Below are positions 44,427-51,667 of a stretch of 64,000 nt of DNA, one piece after another (within the stretch, counting starts at the first letter, position 1; each line of letters starts with the position of its first letter). Location of the stretch: contig JAJDDE010000124.1 of NCBI GenBank assembly GCA_029260475.1, forward strand, positions 10,335-74,334. Reading direction: 5' to 3'. Position numbers and translations under genes: made by a program. The notes under the pieces are model-generated. The model worked only from the letters and a program-made list of their open reading frames with translations. It had not been told where the DNA came from and ran no database searches. This stretch comes from Phycisphaerales bacterium. Lineage in GTDB: Bacteria; Planctomycetota; Phycisphaerae; Phycisphaerales; UBA1924.

Positions 44427-45674
44427 TTGACTCTCCCTCCTGGCGTGTACACTCGGGGGGTGAAGACGTCCTCCGCAGATCAGCACGCGGGGCCCTCGCA
44501 GGCCCAATTGGAACGCCGCCTGGGCGATGTCGGGCGGGCGGTCCGGTCGTCCCTGATCGAAGTGCTGACCCCGATCGGCGGCGCGCAGGCGAGGCCGACG
44601 GACGTCTGCCGGGAGTTCGGCGTCAACAAGTCGGTCGCGAGCCGGCTCATCAAGGGCCTCGGGACGCCAGACCCCGGCGCCGCCCTGGGCGTGCTCCCCG
44701 GCCCAGAAGCGCTCCGCGGCCTGATGAACGGCGCCGACGACGGCGATCCGGAGACGGCTCGGCGAGCGAACGCCGCGATCGACGACCTCGAGCGGTTCCT
44801 CCGTCTTGAGACGGGCGGTCGCGACGGGCTCACCGCGGTGCTCAGCGAGTCGGTGCCCGAGTTGCGTGATCGCTTCGAGCTCGGGCACAAGCAGGCGGCC
44901 CACCGCGCGATGGCGAACCTCATGGGCGTGAGCGCCGAGGTGTACGCCCTCACGCTGCTCGTCTGGCCCAACGCCGACGACCCACTGCGTCTCGACGCGT
45001 TGAACATCCACGCGCTGCACGGGCTCCGCCTGAGGCGACCGGGCTGCACGCTCTCACAGACGAGCCGTTTCTTCACGCCAGAGGACGCGGGCGAACCGAT
45101 CCGCACGCTCGACGCGCGCACGCCGAGCGACGCCTCGGACTTCATCGTGCGCGAGCTGACGACCCTGCCGAGCGATCGCGTCTCCGTGGATTCGTTCGAT
45201 GAGCACCAGACGTTGACCTTCGACGTGGGCCCGCTCCAGAGCGAGGGGCACGCGATGACGCTCGCAACCCTGCAGCGCAAAGCCCACTTCACGACGCCTA
45301 GGCACGAAGGACGCAGTTCGGGCATCGGGCTCACGGTGGACGTACCAACGCGATTGGGCGTCGTGGAAATCCTCTGGGCGACCGACGCGTGGGACGGGCG
45401 CACCGCTCGCGCCGTCACGCACCTGCTGAGCTCGCGAGGCGCGGTGGACCCCAACGACGCCTCGCGCGACTCAGAACTGCTCCGCGTGACAGAACGCGCC
45501 GAGCCCATCGCGTGGGAGGGCGCCCGCGTCGCCGAACTGCCCGACCATCCGGGCACGCTCGAATTCGCGTGCCGTTCCCTGGGCATCGACGCGCGAAGGC
45601 TCCGCGGCTACCGCATCCGATCGGCCTACCCGGTCGTCGGGACGCAGCTCTCGCTCGACCTCGCACCGCGATAG
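44427..45674 (+). CDS. Hypothetical protein with N-terminal HTH-like segment
   Basis: 415 aa. The segment ARPTDVCREFGVNKSVASRLIKGL is HTH-like. The start is uncertain; the track uses TTG 44427. The antisense ORF 44480..45586 was rejected. Confidence 0.55.
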   Translation: MTLPPGVYTRGVKTSSADQHAGPSQAQLERRLGDVGRAVRSSLIEVLTPIGGAQARPTDVCREFGVNKSVASRLIKGLGTPDPGAALGVLPGPEALRGLMNGADDGDPETARRANAAIDDLERFLRLETGGRDGLTAVLSESVPELRDRFELGHKQAAHRAMANLMGVSAEVYALTLLVWPNADDPLRLDALNIHALHGLRLRRPGCTLSQTSRFFTPEDAGEPIRTLDARTPSDASDFIVRELTTLPSDRVSVDSFDEHQTLTFDVGPLQSEGHAMTLATLQRKAHFTTPRHEGRSSGIGLTVDVPTRLGVVEILWATDAWDGRTARAVTHLLSSRGAVDPNDASRDSELLRVTERAEPIAWEGARVAELPDHPGTLEFACRSLGIDARRLRGYRIRSAYPVVGTQLSLDLAPR

Positions 45675-45675
45675 G

Positions 45676-48600
45676 TCAGGGCCGCTGGTTCATCGCGGGC
45701 CAATCGTCGCGGGGCCACGACAGGTCCTTGCTCGCGGGCGGCTGGGGCACCTCACGCGGGTCGGCGTCGATGAGCTCCATCAGGTGATCGATCGCGGCGT
45801 CGAGCTGCGCATCGGCGCCGTGGAACGCTCCGTGCGGCAGGTTGTCCACCCAGAGGTCGGGCGATACGCCGCGACCCTCGATGATCCACGCGCCGTCGGC
45901 GCCGTACACACCGAACTCCGCGGCGGTCGCGATGCCGCCGTCCACGAGCACGTTGCTGCTCGTCAGCCAGATGCCGCCGCCCCACGTCCGCGTGCCGATG
46001 AGCTTGCCCAGCCCGAGACGCCGGAAACCCTCCGCGACCGCTTCGCCATCGGAGGCGGTCTCTTCGTCGATGAGCATCGCCTTGTGCCCGCGGAACGCCT
46101 GCTGCATGTTCCACCCGATGCTCTTCTCGCCGCCCGACCAGAAGGACCACGCGGTGCGGACCAGGCGGTTGAGGATCCATGAGTCGATGTTGCCGCCGTT
46201 GTTGTGCCGGACATCGACGATGAGGCCTTGCCGGTCGAAGACGCCGTAGTAGTGGCGTGCCCATTCGGCGATGTTGCCCGAGCCCATCGCGCGGAGGTGG
46301 ACGTAGCCGAGCTTCCCGCCCGAGAGCTCCTCGACACGCTCGCGCCGGGTGAACTCCCATTCGTGGTAGCGGAGATCGGACGCGGCACCTTGCGAGATCG
46401 GGTACACGATCGCGTCGTACGCCTCGCCCTCCTCGGGTTGCAGGCGCACGAGCACCTGCTGCCCGCTCTTGTTGCGCAGCAGCTCGCCAAGGTCCGTCGC
46501 GTCGAGCGTCGAGACGCCGTCGATCATGGTGATCACGTCGCCGATGCCGACCGCTAGGTCGTGGCGCATCAGCGGGCCGGCGCGCTCGGGCTCCTCCGGG
46601 TCGTTGCGGTAGAGGTGCGTGATGCGGTAGCCGCCCGCGTCCTCGTCCCGCTCGGCCTCGCAGCCCAGGTTGGCGGGGAGGTAGCGGTCGGGGCCGGAGC
46701 GACGATCGCCGCCGTAGACAAAGGTGTGGAGCGCCGAGAGCTCCGCGACCATCTGCGCGATGGCGTCGGCGAGTTCCTGGCGGTCGGTCACGCGATCGAC
46801 GAGCGGGAGGTGACGCTGGTAGACCTCGTCCCAGTCGAGCCCGTGCAGGCCCCGGTCGTAGAAGTAATCGCGCATCAGCCGCCACGAATCGGTGAACATC
46901 TGCCGCCACTGCTCGCGCGGGTCGAAGCCGAAGGCCCAACCCGAGAGGTCGATGCGGGTGTCGTTGTCGAGCGAGGCGGGGCCGCCCCCGGCGCTCTCCA
47001 TGTAGAGCGCGTTGCCCTTGCGGATGAGCAGCTTCGAGAGATCGGCGGACACGCGGTAGTCGTCGATGCCCGATGCGACGGTGGCCGGTTCGTTCTTGGG
47101 CGTGTTGGTGATCTCGAGCGACATCAGCGTCGCGGGCCCGCCGTTGTAGGAGGGGCGGGAGGTCCAGAAGAGGTGCGTCTCGGTCGCGATCAGGCCGGTG
47201 TAGTTCCCCGCGGGGATCGGCAGCGTGTATAGACGATCGGCAATAGCCTCGGTCACGATCGCGGGATGCTCGGGCTCGTCGGCCTCTTCTTCGGTGTCGC
47301 CGTCTTCGGCGTCACCATCGTTGTCCGCTTCTTCGCTTTGCAACTCGGCGTCGTCATCCGGCGTGTCGTCGCTGACCTCGGCGTCCTCGTCGTCGGCCGC
47401 ATCTTCCGCCTCGGCCTCCGCCTTTTCCGCCGCCTTCACGAGCTCGTTGGTCTCGAGGAAGGGCGAGCGCAGGCCCGGCTGGAGCGCGATGGCGTAGAGC
47501 AGGCACGGGTCGTCAAACACCGGCTCCGGCTGACGGGGCCCCCAGGGCGAGCCCACGCTGCTCTGGAAATTGCGCTCGGAGATGAGGTACAGCCACTCGC
47601 CATCCGGGTGGAAGGCCGGGCTGTAGCTGTTGTAGCGCAGCGTCGTCACGTCGGTGCGCTCACCCGTCTGCGTGTCGAACAGGCCGATGCGGCCGTGCGA
47701 GTTGCTGTTCTGGTTGATCGTGTACGCGATGTACCGCGAGTCGGGGGACCAGACGATCTCTTCGGTGTACCAGTTGTCGCCCTCGTCGATGTACGTCGGC
47801 GCGCCGCCGTCGATCGGGCGGACGAAGAGGCGGTACTGCTTGTCGGTGTAGGCGATCTGTTCGCCGTCGGGAGAGAGCTGCGCACGCCACAGCAGCAACT
47901 CGGCGTCGCTCGTGCGCTGGGTCCGCTCATCGCCGATGCCGTCGGTCGGCATCGTCCAGAACTCCACCTCGCCCGACTCGTCGCTCATCACGAAGAGCTC
48001 GTCCCCCTCGGGCGTGAACCGCGCCTGGCGGTAGCGCACGTCAGGGTCGCGCGTGACCCGTATCAGACGCCCCGGCCCGACGGGCGCGACGAAGACCTCA
48101 CCACGCGCCGTGAGCACCACGCGGTCGCCATCGGGCGAGGGCTCGGCCCAGGTGAGGTACCCAAAGGGATCATCGATCCACTGCTCCCGCGTGTGGTCGA
48201 AGTCCGAACTCAGCGTGATGTCGAGGTCCGTGGTCCGCCCGCTGCGCGTGTTCAGCAGTTTGATGTCGGCGCCAAGACGGTAGGCGATGGTGCCGTCGAA
48301 CTCGCTCGCCTCGAGCACATCGAACCCCGTGTGCTCGGTGTGCTGCTTGAGGTCCGAGCCGTCCGGGCGGCAGGACCACACGTTCATAAAGCCAGAGCGG
48401 TCCGTGAGGTGGTACACGCGCCCGTTGTGCCACATCGGCTCGCGCGAGGTGCCGTCGAATTCGGTCGTCAGCGGCACCGCCTCGTTGCCCGAACCGTCGA
48501 AGCGCCAGAGCTGCTCGATGGTGCCGCCCTCGTACCGCTTGGTCCGTGAGCCGTTGAAGGCGATGCGCACGAAGAAGAGGGATGAAGCCTTGTCGTTGTA

Positions 48601-49119
48601 CGCCCCGTCCGCCGCCTGGAAGAGCTCCACACGCTCACGCTCGTGCGTCTGAGTGTCGATCGCGACCAGCTGCATGTTCGGCAGCGTCGCGTGGCTGGCG
48701 GTCGAAACCAGCACGCGCCCGTCGGGCGTCCACGCCGCCACAGTGTGCCGGCGCGACGACGTCCACCCGTCGAACGTCTGTCTCACCGGGCGCCCGCCCT
48801 CGACGGGCATGGTGTACACCTCGGTCGGCCCCTCGTACGACGCGACGTACGCGAGTGTCGTCCCGTCGGGCGAGACCGCGGGGTGTGATTCGTCGCCCGG
48901 GTGCGAGGTCAAACGTCGCGCCTCGCCGCCATCGGTCGAGACGCGCCAGAGGTCACCCTCGGAGACGAAGACCACGAAGCCGTCACCCAGCGCGGGCATG
49001 CGGTAGTACCCGTTCCGCCCCTCCTGCGCCGAGGCAACAGGAGCGTTCAGCGTGAGTGCGAGCAGGCCAGCAAGAGCGAAGAGCGTTCGGCGCATGTCGG
49101 GTCTCCTTGAAGCCGACAC
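45676..49119 (-). CDS. Tricorn-protease-like S41 peptidase (beta-propellers + PDZ + S41 core)
   Basis: 1147 aa with a signal peptide. It has TolB/WD40-like repeats (SPDGxxIAY motifs), a PDZ-like segment (GDVITMIDGV) and S41 core motifs (VVDVRHNNGGNI, LIDEETASDGE). Confidence 0.85.
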   Translation of the reverse strand: MSASRRPDMRRTLFALAGLLALTLNAPVASAQEGRNGYYRMPALGDGFVVFVSEGDLWRVSTDGGEARRLTSHPGDESHPAVSPDGTTLAYVASYEGPTEVYTMPVEGGRPVRQTFDGWTSSRRHTVAAWTPDGRVLVSTASHATLPNMQLVAIDTQTHERERVELFQAADGAYNDKASSLFFVRIAFNGSRTKRYEGGTIEQLWRFDGSGNEAVPLTTEFDGTSREPMWHNGRVYHLTDRSGFMNVWSCRPDGSDLKQHTEHTGFDVLEASEFDGTIAYRLGADIKLLNTRSGRTTDLDITLSSDFDHTREQWIDDPFGYLTWAEPSPDGDRVVLTARGEVFVAPVGPGRLIRVTRDPDVRYRQARFTPEGDELFVMSDESGEVEFWTMPTDGIGDERTQRTSDAELLLWRAQLSPDGEQIAYTDKQYRLFVRPIDGGAPTYIDEGDNWYTEEIVWSPDSRYIAYTINQNSNSHGRIGLFDTQTGERTDVTTLRYNSYSPAFHPDGEWLYLISERNFQSSVGSPWGPRQPEPVFDDPCLLYAIALQPGLRSPFLETNELVKAAEKAEAEAEDAADDEDAEVSDDTPDDDAELQSEEADNDGDAEDGDTEEEADEPEHPAIVTEAIADRLYTLPIPAGNYTGLIATETHLFWTSRPSYNGGPATLMSLEITNTPKNEPATVASGIDDYRVSADLSKLLIRKGNALYMESAGGGPASLDNDTRIDLSGWAFGFDPREQWRQMFTDSWRLMRDYFYDRGLHGLDWDEVYQRHLPLVDRVTDRQELADAIAQMVAELSALHTFVYGGDRRSGPDRYLPANLGCEAERDEDAGGYRITHLYRNDPEEPERAGPLMRHDLAVGIGDVITMIDGVSTLDATDLGELLRNKSGQQVLVRLQPEEGEAYDAIVYPISQGAASDLRYHEWEFTRRERVEELSGGKLGYVHLRAMGSGNIAEWARHYYGVFDRQGLIVDVRHNNGGNIDSWILNRLVRTAWSFWSGGEKSIGWNMQQAFRGHKAMLIDEETASDGEAVAEGFRRLGLGKLIGTRTWGGGIWLTSSNVLVDGGIATAAEFGVYGADGAWIIEGRGVSPDLWVDNLPHGAFHGADAQLDAAIDHLMELIDADPREVPQPPASKDLSWPRDDWPAMNQRP

Positions 49120-49249
49120 GATATCGGCGGGGCCAAAAACACGCTCCGAACAGCGTCAGGGGCCTCGGACACGCCCGTCGCTTCGCACCGCGGCGTTTTC
49201 GGTGTAGCGTTCACGGAGCATCTGATCCCACGGGAGAAAGGACCTCACG

Positions 49250-51133
49250 ATGCCCCGCACGCATATCACCGCGTTTGCTATTTCTTTTTTGACTCTCGGC
49301 ACCCTCACACTCAGTGCCCTCGCCGGCCCGCTGAGCCCACCCGCCGGCCCCATCGCGCCGACCGGCAAGCCGCTCGATTCGATCGAGCCGCGCGTCTGCA
49401 TCAATGACCTGGCCGGTGACGAGGGCGCGGTCGTCCTCATCACATCGCCCGGGCAGTACTTCCTCGACGCCGACATCGTGGGCCAACCGGGCCAGCACGG
49501 CATACGAATCGTCGCGACCGGCGACGTGCGCATCGACCTCAACGGCTTCTCCGTCACGGGCGTCCCCGGCTCGCTCAACGGCATCGACATGGACCTCTTC
49601 CAGGGCGCAGCGCCATCTCGCCTCGACGTGCGGTGCTCCGACGGTTCCTGCCGTTCATCCGTCTCGGGTTGGGGAGGCGACGGGCTCCGCTCGTGCCACG
49701 TCCCGGTCTGCTGCTGCACACACCTGCTCTTCGAGAACAACGGCGGCAACGGCATAGCCCACCTGCACGCCGAGGGCGTGATCCATCGCGACATCGCGAC
49801 GCGCGGCAACGCCGGCGACGGCACGTTCGTCACCCCGCCCATCCAGGCGACAGCGGGCAGCGGTGTGACAAACCGCTTCGCGGTGTGCCGTGCGCGCAGC
49901 AACGGCGGCAGCGGCTGGAACATCGACGCCCGAGCCGGTGGCTACGAGATCGACATCGACGAGTGCTACGCCTGCGCCAACGCCATCAACGGCGTGCGCG
50001 TGCGCGAGGACCACATCAGTTACGGCTCCGGCGGCGGCGGCGGACGCATCGCCCTCCGCGCGACCTCAATCCGAGACAGCGGCGGGGACGGCGTGCACAT
50101 CGAGATCCCGTGTGCCTCCCCGTGCGTCGTCTCCTGCGATGAACTCGCGTGCGTCTCCAACACGGGCGACGGCTTCGAGATCGACGCCGTCGGGGCAGCG
50201 GTGCCCCACTTCGGCGCGACATGCACGATCCTCGACTCCGAGTTCTCGTCTAACGGCGAGAACGGTCTCCGCAGCGAGAACCCCCTCTACACAGGCAAGA
50301 CCACATGCGGCTCCAACGTCCTCTACGGTGCTCGCGTCTCGGGCGGCGATGAGAACACCTGCGTCCTGCACGCCAACGTCTGCCACTTCGCAGCCAACGG
50401 CGCTGGCGGCACATTCGGCGGTCCCGGCCGGTTCATGAAGGTCGCGTGCTCCATCACCGACAACGGCGGCAACGGCGTGGAGACCACCGACGGCTGCCTG
50501 CTCATGACCGACTGCTCGGTCGTTAACAACGACGGATCGGGCGCGGTGACCAACGGCACGCTCAACGTGGTGGACAGCAACTTCCGCCGCAACTCCGGCT
50601 CCGGCGTCCGCTGCGCCAACGGCGAGTGCGTCGCCGATGGGATGGTCTGCGAGTTCAACGGCACCGGCGGCATCACAGACGGCGGCATGGTCTTCATCGA
50701 CTGCCCATCGGTCACCCTCCGACGCTGCGTCTCCAACGGCAACACCGGCGACGGCGTGAACTCCCGCTCCAGCGTCGGGCCTATCAAGTGGATGGCCCCC
50801 GAGATGATGGTCGCGAATAACACGGGCGACGGCTTCGACCTCGACGACTGCGTCGGCGCACAACTCGAGCGATGCATGTCCACCGGCAACGCGGGCGTCG
50901 GCTTCCGTCTCGGCGCGTCCTTCACCAGAGGCCGCATCGACGGCTGCTCCTCCGCGGACGACACCGGGGGCGGCATCTGGGTGCTCGGGAGCTCCAACGT
51001 CGTGATGAACTGCAGCGCCACCGCCAACGCGGTCGGGGCCTTCGATATCTCGCCCCAGAGCCCGAGCGCCCCGGTGATCACCGTGGGCGAGCTCGCCACG
51101 AACCGCACCCCGAATGTGAACATCGTGTACTAA
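49250..51133 (+). CDS. Secreted right-handed parallel beta-helix repeat protein
   Basis: The signal peptide is followed by LSPPAGPIAPTGKPLDSIEPR. Many repeats of the form N(N/T)G(D/N)G(x)... are present (NNGGNGI, NTGDGFE, DNGGNGVE, NNDGSGA, NGNTGDGV). Confidence 0.8.
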   Translation: MPRTHITAFAISFLTLGTLTLSALAGPLSPPAGPIAPTGKPLDSIEPRVCINDLAGDEGAVVLITSPGQYFLDADIVGQPGQHGIRIVATGDVRIDLNGFSVTGVPGSLNGIDMDLFQGAAPSRLDVRCSDGSCRSSVSGWGGDGLRSCHVPVCCCTHLLFENNGGNGIAHLHAEGVIHRDIATRGNAGDGTFVTPPIQATAGSGVTNRFAVCRARSNGGSGWNIDARAGGYEIDIDECYACANAINGVRVREDHISYGSGGGGGRIALRATSIRDSGGDGVHIEIPCASPCVVSCDELACVSNTGDGFEIDAVGAAVPHFGATCTILDSEFSSNGENGLRSENPLYTGKTTCGSNVLYGARVSGGDENTCVLHANVCHFAANGAGGTFGGPGRFMKVACSITDNGGNGVETTDGCLLMTDCSVVNNDGSGAVTNGTLNVVDSNFRRNSGSGVRCANGECVADGMVCEFNGTGGITDGGMVFIDCPSVTLRRCVSNGNTGDGVNSRSSVGPIKWMAPEMMVANNTGDGFDLDDCVGAQLERCMSTGNAGVGFRLGASFTRGRIDGCSSADDTGGGIWVLGSSNVVMNCSATANAVGAFDISPQSPSAPVITVGELATNRTPNVNIVY

Positions 51134-51253
51134 TCCGTTCCGCCGCGAGTGATTCTCGTGAGTGGTCAATAACTTCGGTATTTTTGATGGCCACGCGATG
51201 GTGAGTTGTTAAGTTGGTATCCCAACACCGACCTCGCACGCCGGAGCCCTCTC

Positions 51254-51667
51254 ATGCCAGTCACACTCACCGTACGAGACGAATCAACCACACCGGGCTT
51301 CGAGGGGCACACCTTCGAGCTCGAGTTCCCGACGGAGTCGATCACCGTCCGCGAGATCATCCGCGAGCGCGTCTATCAGGAGGTCGACGATTACAACCGC
51401 GCGATGCAGAATAAAGCGACACCAAGCCGGTACCGCGGCCTCGTTAGCCCCACCGAGCTGGAGGAACATCTCAACGGTGAGCGTCCCGCAACATCGCGCA
51501 AGGCGGACTGGAAGAAGCAGTTTGCGCTGGCCTGCGAGGCGTACGAGCGCAACGGTATCCTCGTGCTCGTGGGTGACCGGCAGACGACCGCCCTCGACGA
51601 GACGATCACGATTGCTCGCGGTATCGATGTCACCTTCCTCCGCCTCGTGATGCTGGTCGGGGGCTGA
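51254..51667 (+). CDS. Small protein with beta-grasp-like pattern ending in Gly-Gly-stop
   Basis: ATG 51254 lies 7 nt after GGAG. 137 aa. The N-terminus is VTLTVRDE / HTFELEFP / ITVREIIRERVYQEV and the C-terminus is GIDVTFLRLVMLVGG-stop. Its TGA shares an A with the next ATG. Confidence 0.6.
   Translation: MPVTLTVRDESTTPGFEGHTFELEFPTESITVREIIRERVYQEVDDYNRAMQNKATPSRYRGLVSPTELEEHLNGERPATSRKADWKKQFALACEAYERNGILVLVGDRQTTALDETITIARGIDVTFLRLVMLVGG

Noticed and set aside
51217-51223. A single GTATCCC copy upstream of the Gly-Gly protein gene. It could link that cassette to the integrase-proximal array.
   Set aside because: One isolated heptamer is within chance expectation for 64 kb on both strands. 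There is no phasing and no second copy nearby.
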